Virus record (IMG/VR): IMGVR_UViG_3300029745_000341
Coordinates: 64,001 to 128,000 of that record
Direction: 5' to 3' (one strand)
DNA from: a virus
Lineage: Duplodnaviria; Heunggongvirae; Uroviricota; Caudoviricetes
DNA length: 64,000 bases
The notes under the pieces were generated by a model. The model was not told where the DNA came from and ran no database searches. It saw only the letters and a list, made by a program, of their open reading frames with translations. Positions within the stretch are counted from its first letter, which is position 1, and the number at the start of each line of letters is the position of its first letter. Made by a program: the position numbers and the translations under genes. Shown here piece by piece: positions 10,143 to 19,065 of this stretch.

Positions 10143-10172
10143 GAAAAAAAAAATATATCAAAATGAATACTC

Positions 10173-10302
10173 AATGAGGGAAAAGCTGAAGTTAGTGTAA
10201 ACAATGAAATAATGGATTTGAACCATCGACCTATACTTTAAAAGAGTATCGCTCTATCCATCTGAGCTAAATTCGAAGTAACTAACCCCATCACCACTCA
10301 TT
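10173..10302 (-). ncRNA. Y-RNA-like RNA carrying a non-permuted tRNA-Lys(UUU)-like domain
   Basis: Outer stems AATGAG/CTCATT and TGGGGTTAGT/ACTAACTTCA enclose a D arm (GCTC AGATGGATA GAGC), anticodon arm (ATACT CTTTTAA AGTAT) and T arm (GATGG TTCAAAT CCATT). No CCA. Confidence 0.8.
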
Positions 10303-10320
10303 AGTTTTTATATATTTCAA

Positions 10321-10445
10321 ACAGAGGAAAAACGGAGCCGGACAAAATGAAAATATTGGATTCGAACCAATGAAAAGTATTATTACAGAATACCGCGTTA
10401 TCCACTACGCTAATTTTCGAAGTAGCCGAACTCCTCACCATCTAT
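10321..10445 (-). ncRNA. Y-RNA-like RNA carrying a non-permuted tRNA-Tyr(GUA)-anticodon domain
   Basis: Outer stems ATAGA/TCTGT and GGAGTTCGGC/GTCCGGCTCC enclose a D arm (GCGT AGTGGATA ACGC), anticodon arm (GTATT CTGTAAT AATAC), T arm (ATTGG TTCGAAT CCAAT) and acceptor-like GAAAAT/ATTTTC. No CCA. Confidence 0.8.
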
Positions 10446-10458
10446 ATATTTTATTAAA

Positions 10459-10592
10459 ACAGGGAGAACCTGGAATGTGTTTTAATATGAAAGGAGGTTT
10501 TGATCTACCAACTGATCTAATTTTTCTTACATGAAAAATATAGGACTCGAACCTATGACACAAACCGAAGTATCACCTTCCATCACCACTGT
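10459..10592 (-). ncRNA. yrlA: YrlA-type Y RNA (circularly permuted tRNA mimic)
   Basis: Order is T arm (ATAGG TTCGAGT CCTAT), closed acceptor stem (ATTTTTC ATGTAA GAAAAAT), D arm (GATC AGTTGGTA GATC), on a long terminal stem upstream of a Ro60 gene. This is the YrlA architecture. Confidence 0.85.
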
Positions 10593-10622
10593 CTTACATT
10601 ATAATCTCTCTTGATTACGATG

Positions 10623-10653
10623 CAGATATAGACACTAAAATATGATTTACAAA
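10623..10653 (-). promoter_or_regulatory. Putative Bacteroidota sigma-A promoter for the Y RNA-Ro60 unit
   Basis: Minus strand TTTG-N19-TATATCTG, one mismatch to TTTG-N19-21-TAnnTTTG, ~30 nt upstream of the first RNA. Confidence 0.5.
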
Positions 10654-10738
10654 TTAAAATGATTTAAAATGTATTAATTTGGATAAATAAATGTAGTGAA
10701 TAACATAAGGTGATTATACACAACCTTGTACTTAAAAG

Positions 10739-10774
10739 TATTACCCTCTACTTGCTAATAGGCAGAGGGTAATA
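10739..10774 (-). terminator. Hairpin closing the large tail gene
   Basis: TATTACCCTCT...AGAGGGTAATA inverted repeat immediately after the stop at 10780. Confidence 0.6.
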
Positions 10775-10779
10775 CGATA

Positions 10780-13700
10780 TTATCTATTCTTAATCTTATC
10801 TTCGAAAATCAACCACTGGAATATAATTTTCCGGCTGCTAATTACTTTCTTTATCCTCATCAGCATCCAACTTCCTCTTAACCTATCCAGCCATGACCGT
10901 CTGAAATTAAGAGCATCAGGATTAACTGACTTATTTATATCGTTATCGTCCTTGATCCAAATAGGGGTATCTGACCGGTCATCGTCAACCCTGTTGAAGA
11001 AGTCATTTAACTTATGTCTTCTATATACCTCGGTATCCAGGACCTCAGTATAGTCGCCTACAATCTTCGGATACGATATACGTTGCGCTAAATTATTCTT
11101 TTCTTCTGGAACAAGATGAATTTCACCTGAGTTGTTTGTGTCGTTGTAGATAGTTATCGTATCTAAACCTACTTTCCTGTCAAGAGTGTAATTCACATCA
11201 TCGACGTATTTCCTTGCATCAAGCTCGTATTCTACAGAAGCCAACGTAGAGCCATTATATTTCTCTTTTATCGGCACTTCTAATATAAATGGATATGTTG
11301 CTCCGTAGAATGTCTGGAAGCTCTTATTCGTCAGCAAATGACTCCATAAGCCGCCTTCTTTGCCTGATGCCGGGAAGTTTATTCCTGTCTGGAAATATTG
11401 TTGCTGTTCTATATAATAGTCAGGACAGAACGAATAATAAGAAATCCATTCTTGCTTCAGACACGAATATCCGATAGTGAACGATACATCTTTAAAATAC
11501 TGTTCGTCTTTTAAAGATATTTCCTTATCGTTTGACAACACCTCTGTTTCATTGTATAAGAACCTTCCACCATCATATTTGTAATATGCCGGGTTCTTAA
11601 CAGGTATATAATCTTTTTTCGTGATAAGTACCCTCTTATACCGATTATCCCATCCAAGAGACAGACCAAGACCGATAAATTTATTGTCTGTATCTTCTTC
11701 TGTCATCTCTGTACCAGTTAAGATATTAGTTATTCCGTATCTAAGAATCTTAAACGGAAGATGACGCTTGAGCCAATGTCTGATACCTACACTAAGTTCC
11801 TTGAGATTACGTCCGTTCGGATCGGTCATAAACACTTGTGCTCTTTTAGTATCTACCCAGAAGTGACCAAATTCTGAACTAATTATTTCAGTGCTCTGGG
11901 TTCCAGAATAACCGAGGTCGGTCGTGTTGTACTCCAGAGGCCGGGACGCGAACAGACCGCCGGTGCCCATCTCAGCCTGCCCAGGGGAGGTGCGCTCCTT
12001 GATTACATCTATGGCGTTATGGAGTGAAACCTGATCCTCGAACCTGACAAGAATCTGATTAGACTCGATACGCTTCATGTGAATAAGCTTCCCGTTGCTG
12101 GTTGGAAACTCATGATAGTCCATAGGCTTGTACGTTAGCCACGGATCTGTTTGACTGTTTTCAGATACGTCAGCCCTACTCCATATAACACCATTAGGTC
12201 GCTGGTAAGCACAATCATAAAAACGACGTTCGTATGTTGCCGGCAATACATTAGGTGTCAATGTCATTCTTGATGAATAGATAGGACTTATCTTGTAATC
12301 ATTGTCCCTATGGATAGATACGTTCTTTTCTTGTGTCCACCAGGCAAAATCACCATGAGCCGGATAAAACCATTCATGAGGCTCTACTCCTTCTAATCGG
12401 AAATTGCAGTTTATTTCCGATTCTACGAGGAATTGAGGAATACCATAAGACCACAGATAGAATCTACCATCCACGTATTTCTTAGCCTCGTTCTCACCAT
12501 TTAAATTATACAAACTTTTTCTGTTTGGATAAAAAGAATACGTTCCTTTGCTTGATGATGTCCAGCTATTAAAACGTTCGTTGTCAGTATGCTCAAGCAT
12601 ATCTTCTCCAGTATCGTAATTAACGAAATACTTGGGAAATCCGACATTTCGGTAATCATTGTAAGCAAATGGTATCATATCCCCTATACCAAAAGCAGTA
12701 TTATAAAAAAATGGGAATTTCCGTTTCATGGAAAACCTCGATATGTAGGTGTCACCGCCAAACAGCGGTTGTTTCCCTCCTTGGAAGAATCCACATCCTC
12801 CGACTGATATCCATTTGATGTCTTCTATAGCTCCATACTGATCGGGCCTGTACCGCATAAGCTTCATATATGGAGAACAGATATAAGACAACATCTTCGT
12901 TCTTTCAAAAGATTCTTTAGACCCGGCATCAGAAGCCATGATAACAGGGTCATGGATACGACTTGTATCATATACCTGAGCCTGCATAGGATACGATACG
13001 AGATACTTTGAATTTAAGATACTCGTATCAGGATCCTTTTCCCCCGGATCTCCAAAAGACAAGAACATAGAAGATTCTCTATCTATGTTATTTATAAACA
13101 AGAAATCTTTTGAAGCGTTTTGGTTATCATCACCCACATCTTCTCCAGTAACCCAAGATGATGTCGTAGACGGGTCGGATATGGGGTACATACCTGATTT
13201 AAGACTCTTGGTGTTAGCCAATCCCCTTAATCTGTTTTGTTCGTATGGAGCCGTATCATCGAAGCCCATCATGCTATTATAGTAACCTACAGACGTGTAG
13301 TAAAAAGCATGGTTTCTTCTTGGGCCATTGTTTATGAATGTCGTGAGCCAATCATATCTGTACTTACCATACAATACCGGTCTTTTAGCAAGCGTATCAG
13401 ATATGGTGGCAATCATTGAAGCGAATATCATTGCCATATTGATATTACCTATCACACCTACATACGCAGACGTAGAACGGTTCATAAGCTCTTCCGCTAT
13501 CTGATAAGCTATGGTGGCCGTAGATTCGATGTTAGCCAACGTAGCCGCCATCTTATATGATTGTTTCCCTAAGATAGTCCATTTGGGATGATCTTCAACC
13601 TCATCAAAGTTTCCTACAGACATTCCCCTTATAAAACCTTCTATAGCTACCTCCGTAGGGGTTTCAGGTTTATTGAAATAAATATCAGGAGAACTAAATG

Positions 13701-16700
13701 CATACCAAACGTTTCCTCTTCTGAAAAATGGGTGGGTTATAAACGATACCCTTTTTTCAGTTGCGTAATTAAAAGAGTCATCCGATAAATCATTATACGG
13801 ATAATTAGGATACAGATTAAGATTCGAGTTTTGACCTGAATACCTGTACATATCGTAAGCTATTCCGGTAGCTATAACAGAACGATTAAGACGTCTGTCA
13901 CCTCTATATATCTCATAGCCTGTAACCATATCTCGCTGCTCTTTGGTTATCAATCCGGAATCTACAGCAAAATCAAGGAAGACGTTAATCATATCCTCGT
14001 CTACTAATATTCCTATAGGATAAATATCGGAAGGAACATCATAAGACCTAACATCCCGGTTCATGAAAAGCATATGATCGTTGTCCGGGAACTTATAATG
14101 CCGGATAGGTTGTTGGCAAAAGACGGTACTGGTATCTACCGTACCATATTTATGACCTTTAAAAGACATCATTCCCTTGTCATCCGTAGAAGGGGAACCG
14201 TAGTATTCAGTAAGCTTGGATACGATATTGTCGTAAGCTTTCTTGGAATTGCCTTCATAACCATGATCACTTATCTTAACCTTACTGCTGTCATACAGTT
14301 CAAAATTAGCAGGATACTTCTCAGACGATTCCCAGTAAGCGAAATCACCGTACTTGTATTTCCTTGGAGCACAGTTTATGGGACGATCCCCGCATATTGT
14401 ACACTGGCTGGCGTATTCCACTGTGGCCCTTAACGATATTTCTTTTGCCCGTACATTTATCCTGTCTATTTCCTTTTCTCTGATACCAAAAATATAGGGG
14501 TATATAGTTTTACCAAGGACGTAAGATGTGCCTACCAAACCTCTTGACGGATTCTTACTGTTCTTCTCTTCTCCATCGTCTTTGACCTCACAGAAATCAA
14601 TTTGTCGGACGGTAAAAATCCAAGGGCATGATACGATAGGGCAGTCTATGGCTACATACAATCCATCAGGGTACTTATCGAAGAAAGATTCGCCTATGTG
14701 CCCAAAATAAGGACGGGATGCTCCAACAATAACATAATTATCGCCTTCATCCATGACCTTCTCCCAATCAAAGTTGAGATCATCCTTATCTATCTTCCTA
14801 TTGCTTCCCTTGTATCTTGGATCTAATGATTTCCAGAAAGAAAGACGGACATATTGTGTGGACACAGCATCCATAAGACCATCTATTTTACCCAAAGATT
14901 CCAGATAAAGAACTTTGTCCTTGGCCAGGAAATCAGGATCATCCCATTCTTTAGGTCTTGTAATATGAAGGAAACGGGCGTTACGAAGCACGCATTTCGT
15001 AAACCTCCATACCAACAACTCTGATGTAAACATCGTAGAACCTTTAACATTTTCAGGAATAAGAGCGCCTACGTTATTGTCAGCTAAATTAGCATAAGAG
15101 TCCCAGGTCCATCCATCTCCGTAATCTCCTTCTGGAACGTAACCGGTATCAAGGAAATTATATGAATAATCATCTATCTTCTTCTCTATCTCAGGCCAGG
15201 TGTCCCTTATCAGGGCTCCAGGCGCTATCCTTGACCTGTAGGCGTCGTTGTGGATAGTGCTCGAAGAACGTCCAGCTCTCCAATCTGGGAGGCATCTTCC
15301 ATTAAAACAAACCTTCCCCTCTTCATCTTCTTTATCGTTATTCCACACATCATTCATAAGAAGGTATGCTCCAAGAAGTGTAGAAGATGACTGGAATGAG
15401 TTATAATCGCTTCTGGCAACAGTAGGATTAAGACAAGGCTCTTCTATAAAACATCCGCAAGTACACGGCATAGAATCCAGAACATAAATAGCTTCGGCTA
15501 TAGACTGTAATATAACAGACGGTTGTAACAGAGAATCGTAAACAGCGCACGCCTTGGTTCCGTCATCACCCGACCAGTATCCAGCCCAATGACCGCCATC
15601 TTCGTCATCGGCAAAGAAATACTTGTCCATGAACTCTATCATTTGCTCCTGTAGTTCCCAGTTAAATAACACAGAATACTTATCCTGCTTTTCACCGCCG
15701 GTAGTATATAGGTAGTCGGTAGATACGTGTTCCATATCCTCAAGCTCCTTATACGTATATTCTTCACGGAAACCCACAATACGATCTACCGGAGCTGTAA
15801 TAAGCGAATACTGGCGGTGCGCATCAGTACACTCGGCTCCAAACTCAGGAGCCTCGATACTATCTATAGCTTCTTTTTGTTCCTCCGTATTAGGATCGTC
15901 AGGGTCTCCGTAGCTGTTGAATATATCGCATATTTCGTTGGCAGCAGCATTATTAGGTTCTTCTGTAGCGGTATTACATGCGATGTCTTTTATATTAGAT
16001 GAAAAATAATTAATCACCTCATCTATTATAATCTGACTTCTGAATGTAAAACTAACGTTTGTATAAGTTTTAAAATCATTTTGCAATGTTATGGTTTGAC
16101 CGATAGTAGCCGGATTCTTACATTCTTCTTGTCCGGTTTCTTCATCATCAAAATCCTTCGGATATCCTGCCGTATTATAATACTGCCACTTAAATTTACG
16201 CTCTTGCCCTGAACAAGGTGGAGCATATTGGTTTATGGACTTATATACCCTATCGGTATCCTTATTTTCTATTTCTGCCGCAGCATCTTTATAAGGGGGA
16301 GGTATTAACACAAATGCTGGAGTTTTGTAACCGTTGGAGCACTTGAAAGAAATAGCAAACGGATATACTTCATTTCTCATATACCCCACATACAATGAAC
16401 AGGCATTACCGTCCTTATACAGATCTTCGTGGGCTACCGATGCCTGCCATTGAAGGAAGTGTCCCATGAGGGAAACTACAGGCTGTAAATTCCATTCTTT
16501 TTCCGCCGTAAGACCATATTGGAGAAGACGATTCCCGACAGCTACAATCCCCCTTGATGTGTTATATACAGGTTTTTTTAAGGATATGTGTTCGAATGTC
16601 GTACGTTTGTTATTAAGATCCGAATAATACAATATAGTCTTTTCTGATACAGGATGAATACCTTCTACAAAATAGTCGACAACCGGTTGGGTTTCTCCGT

Positions 16701-17643
16701 TGTATCCTACTGTGTTTTGAATGATAACAACCTTAAAATACTCAACTTGACGATCTATGTTAGATACGACAAACCTAATACCTAAATTAGTACGTTCTCC
16801 CCATTTGCCATCTTTTTGAGTAATATACTGTTCATCGAATATAGGTACAGGATTAGTAGGATTAGAATAACTTCCAAGCTCGTTTCCAAACTCGTCACAA
16901 GGAGCCACAGTAGCCTGATAGACGCCTGAGCGTAGGCTGCCCCCGTACTCTATCTGAGCCGGCTCTATGCACATGGGTTTGAGTAGCGGAAACACCCTAA
17001 GTTTCTCACATGCCAGAAAACAACCATTCTCCTGCATGAACTTTTTCCTATCGTATTCTTTATCGCATATCTTATACCCATGATAATGATACCATATATC
17101 ACCTTCATCATCAGGAGTCAGAGCCTTGTCTACAATAATATACCTGGGAGGATTATGATCGTCAGTCCAGTAAATACATTTCCCACATTTCTCTGTCTTT
17201 ATTTCTATGGTTTTTATAGGATGGTAGATAGAGAACTTAAGGCACGGATCTTGCTCGTTGTCTTCAAGCAGGGTTTTCATGCCAGAACACAACGACTCCG
17301 ATCCTTCTACCATAGATTCTATATCAGAATCAGACAAGATACTTGTGTCGGATTCAGGCTTAAAATAAGTTATTTTAGATACGCCTGTTTCAGGATTTGT
17401 TATAAAAAAATAGATATTGCCTGAAGTAAGATCATTCTTATAACCAATAACTTTAAATCCATCGAAATCAATGCATTTAAGATTACTGTGCTCGTTAGAT
17501 CTCATCCCAACATTACCGTCCTCGGATTCGATGTTGGCATTCAAGGCAAACGTATAATGCTGACCCGTAAGACTCGACGGATGCAGATCGCGATTCATGC
17601 CTGTTTGAGGAACCGCTATGTTTCTGTTATCTTCTGCTGCCAT
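10780..17643 (-). CDS. Very large tail stabilisation/hub (muzzle-like) protein
   Basis: ~2,287 aa from ATG 17643. N-terminus GMNRDLHPSSL...YTFALNANIE and C-terminus GYSGTQS...FWVDTKR, WISYYSFCPDYY, RLRGSW resemble crAss-like stabilisation proteins. Position precedes the cargo genes. Confidence 0.65.
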   Translation of the reverse strand: MAAEDNRNIAVPQTGMNRDLHPSSLTGQHYTFALNANIESEDGNVGMRSNEHSNLKCIDFDGFKVIGYKNDLTSGNIYFFITNPETGVSKITYFKPESDTSILSDSDIESMVEGSESLCSGMKTLLEDNEQDPCLKFSIYHPIKTIEIKTEKCGKCIYWTDDHNPPRYIIVDKALTPDDEGDIWYHYHGYKICDKEYDRKKFMQENGCFLACEKLRVFPLLKPMCIEPAQIEYGGSLRSGVYQATVAPCDEFGNELGSYSNPTNPVPIFDEQYITQKDGKWGERTNLGIRFVVSNIDRQVEYFKVVIIQNTVGYNGETQPVVDYFVEGIHPVSEKTILYYSDLNNKRTTFEHISLKKPVYNTSRGIVAVGNRLLQYGLTAEKEWNLQPVVSLMGHFLQWQASVAHEDLYKDGNACSLYVGYMRNEVYPFAISFKCSNGYKTPAFVLIPPPYKDAAAEIENKDTDRVYKSINQYAPPCSGQERKFKWQYYNTAGYPKDFDDEETGQEECKNPATIGQTITLQNDFKTYTNVSFTFRSQIIIDEVINYFSSNIKDIACNTATEEPNNAAANEICDIFNSYGDPDDPNTEEQKEAIDSIEAPEFGAECTDAHRQYSLITAPVDRIVGFREEYTYKELEDMEHVSTDYLYTTGGEKQDKYSVLFNWELQEQMIEFMDKYFFADDEDGGHWAGYWSGDDGTKACAVYDSLLQPSVILQSIAEAIYVLDSMPCTCGCFIEEPCLNPTVARSDYNSFQSSSTLLGAYLLMNDVWNNDKEDEEGKVCFNGRCLPDWRAGRSSSTIHNDAYRSRIAPGALIRDTWPEIEKKIDDYSYNFLDTGYVPEGDYGDGWTWDSYANLADNNVGALIPENVKGSTMFTSELLVWRFTKCVLRNARFLHITRPKEWDDPDFLAKDKVLYLESLGKIDGLMDAVSTQYVRLSFWKSLDPRYKGSNRKIDKDDLNFDWEKVMDEGDNYVIVGASRPYFGHIGESFFDKYPDGLYVAIDCPIVSCPWIFTVRQIDFCEVKDDGEEKNSKNPSRGLVGTSYVLGKTIYPYIFGIREKEIDRINVRAKEISLRATVEYASQCTICGDRPINCAPRKYKYGDFAYWESSEKYPANFELYDSSKVKISDHGYEGNSKKAYDNIVSKLTEYYGSPSTDDKGMMSFKGHKYGTVDTSTVFCQQPIRHYKFPDNDHMLFMNRDVRSYDVPSDIYPIGILVDEDMINVFLDFAVDSGLITKEQRDMVTGYEIYRGDRRLNRSVIATGIAYDMYRYSGQNSNLNLYPNYPYNDLSDDSFNYATEKRVSFITHPFFRRGNVWYAFSSPDIYFNKPETPTEVAIEGFIRGMSVGNFDEVEDHPKWTILGKQSYKMAATLANIESTATIAYQIAEELMNRSTSAYVGVIGNINMAMIFASMIATISDTLAKRPVLYGKYRYDWLTTFINNGPRRNHAFYYTSVGYYNSMMGFDDTAPYEQNRLRGLANTKSLKSGMYPISDPSTTSSWVTGEDVGDDNQNASKDFLFINNIDRESSMFLSFGDPGEKDPDTSILNSKYLVSYPMQAQVYDTSRIHDPVIMASDAGSKESFERTKMLSYICSPYMKLMRYRPDQYGAIEDIKWISVGGCGFFQGGKQPLFGGDTYISRFSMKRKFPFFYNTAFGIGDMIPFAYNDYRNVGFPKYFVNYDTGEDMLEHTDNERFNSWTSSSKGTYSFYPNRKSLYNLNGENEAKKYVDGRFYLWSYGIPQFLVESEINCNFRLEGVEPHEWFYPAHGDFAWWTQEKNVSIHRDNDYKISPIYSSRMTLTPNVLPATYERRFYDCAYQRPNGVIWSRADVSENSQTDPWLTYKPMDYHEFPTSNGKLIHMKRIESNQILVRFEDQVSLHNAIDVIKERTSPGQAEMGTGGLFASRPLEYNTTDLGYSGTQSTEIISSEFGHFWVDTKRAQVFMTDPNGRNLKELSVGIRHWLKRHLPFKILRYGITNILTGTEMTEEDTDNKFIGLGLSLGWDNRYKRVLITKKDYIPVKNPAYYKYDGGRFLYNETEVLSNDKEISLKDEQYFKDVSFTIGYSCLKQEWISYYSFCPDYYIEQQQYFQTGINFPASGKEGGLWSHLLTNKSFQTFYGATYPFILEVPIKEKYNGSTLASVEYELDARKYVDDVNYTLDRKVGLDTITIYNDTNNSGEIHLVPEEKNNLAQRISYPKIVGDYTEVLDTEVYRRHKLNDFFNRVDDDRSDTPIWIKDDNDINKSVNPDALNFRRSWLDRLRGSWMLMRIKKVISSRKIIFQWLIFEDKIKNR

Positions 17644-17723
17644 TTTATAACTGTTTGTCACAAAGATAGCAAAAGAGATTTAATCATGGATTTCTAAAGT
17701 AGGTGAAGAAAAGAAATACATTT

Positions 17724-18233
17724 TCAGTCTCCTACTTTATCGACCACACCTACATAAAAATCGGGGATAGGATTATCATTGAAATTTCTTATTTGAATAT
17801 CAATATAATTATAGAAATAATTATCAACTGGATCCATTATCGTCACATTACTTTCTAAAACCCCGTCTTTGTATGAATACAGTTCCTCATGTTCGGAATC
17901 AATGTAAAAAATATATCTTGGTAAATCCTGGGTATTAACTGTTAGATGATTATTAAACAAACTGCATTTAGAATGATCAGCAGACAGAAGTAACAATAGA
18001 AATGTATATGAAGACTTATCTCTTATTATAATATCACGATTAGATGATACATTAGACAAAACTTTGGATAAATCAAATTCTCCAAAACTTATCTTGAATT
18101 TCTTTCTTCTTATTGGAGTTATATATACTGGACTATTAACTACAATATTATTCCATTGAAATTGACTTCCTTCCATTACAGGAGAGAAACAATTACCCAT
18201 CGCCATATTAACATTTTCAAATCTTCGTCTCAT
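17724..18233 (-). CDS. Hypothetical protein (MRRRF N-terminus)
   Basis: 169-aa ORF sharing its N-terminal motif with neighbours. Confidence 0.55.
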   Translation of the reverse strand: MRRRFENVNMAMGNCFSPVMEGSQFQWNNIVVNSPVYITPIRRKKFKISFGEFDLSKVLSNVSSNRDIIIRDKSSYTFLLLLLSADHSKCSLFNNHLTVNTQDLPRYIFYIDSEHEELYSYKDGVLESNVTIMDPVDNYFYNYIDIQIRNFNDNPIPDFYVGVVDKVGD

Positions 18234-18242
18234 AACATCTAC

Positions 18243-18986
18243 TTACGATTTATATCTTCTACCCCTAATTAACACAGTACCATCACCGCCGGCTCCGGCA
18301 TAAACCATAGAGTATCTGACGCCGCCTCCTCCGCCGCCATAACCTCCGCCTCCTTTACCGGACCCGTTTGTTGATCCTCCTGTGCCAGATCCTTCACTGT
18401 AATCAGATATTCCTCCTTGGAATACTACTCCGGTGTTAGTTTCTCCACTCCCACCACCGGCATTTCTTTTACCGCCGGATTCTCCAAAATCTCTGGTAGT
18501 ATGACCTTGACCTTTAATTACTCCAAATTCTTCTCCATTTGTGTCTCCACCATCTGAAGCGCCATCTTGTGTATATGACGAACCTCCGGCACTACCACCA
18601 TCTCCTCCCTTATATTTATTAGCGCCCTTTCCGCCATTTGCTCTATAAGACGAACTCATGAATTGAGAATAACCACCATCTTTACCAGGAGAATTTTGTT
18701 CGGCTTGATAAACTTCTGCTCCTCCTTTTCCTACTGTTATAGAAATAGATTGACCGGGTTTTACAGCAATAGCTTCTCCGTCTTTCCAGCCCTTGCTATC
18801 AGACTTGAAGGTCTTGGTATAACCACCTCCCCCGCCGGCAGAGCTGCCACTGCCTCCTCCACCAACTAAAAAGACATCTACGGAAAAACAGCCATCAGGA
18901 ACTACCCATGTGTAATTGCCGGCCGGATAAAACCTTATGATAAAGTCTTCAAGCTCCCTATTTTTTATCAAGAAACGACGCCTCAT
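18243..18986 (-). CDS. Glycine-rich tail-fibre-associated domain protein (MRRRF N-terminus)
   Basis: GNYTWVVPDGCFSVDVFLVGGGG...GGGGGY...ISITVGKGG...GAGGDGTVLIR is the typical phage Gly-rich domain. Confidence 0.7.
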   Translation of the reverse strand: MRRRFLIKNRELEDFIIRFYPAGNYTWVVPDGCFSVDVFLVGGGGSGSSAGGGGGYTKTFKSDSKGWKDGEAIAVKPGQSISITVGKGGAEVYQAEQNSPGKDGGYSQFMSSSYRANGGKGANKYKGGDGGSAGGSSYTQDGASDGGDTNGEEFGVIKGQGHTTRDFGESGGKRNAGGGSGETNTGVVFQGGISDYSEGSGTGGSTNGSGKGGGGYGGGGGGVRYSMVYAGAGGDGTVLIRGRRYKS

Positions 18987-19065
18987 AATATACTAAGGAT
19001 TATCTCCCCCCCCCATATATATAATAAATTACTGTAAATCATATAATTATATTTAACACATATAA

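Noticed and set aside
10200..10420. Two ordinary phage tRNA genes (Lys, Tyr)
   Set aside because: Acceptor stems are short or mismatched, there is no CCA, the Tyr-like one lacks the long variable arm, and both sit in a scaffold shared with a YrlA. Processing to tRNAs is not fully excluded.
10173..10592. CRISPR-like repeat array
   Set aside because: Shared motifs are only 6-8 nt and the intervening sequences fold as tRNA domains. No cas genes are present.
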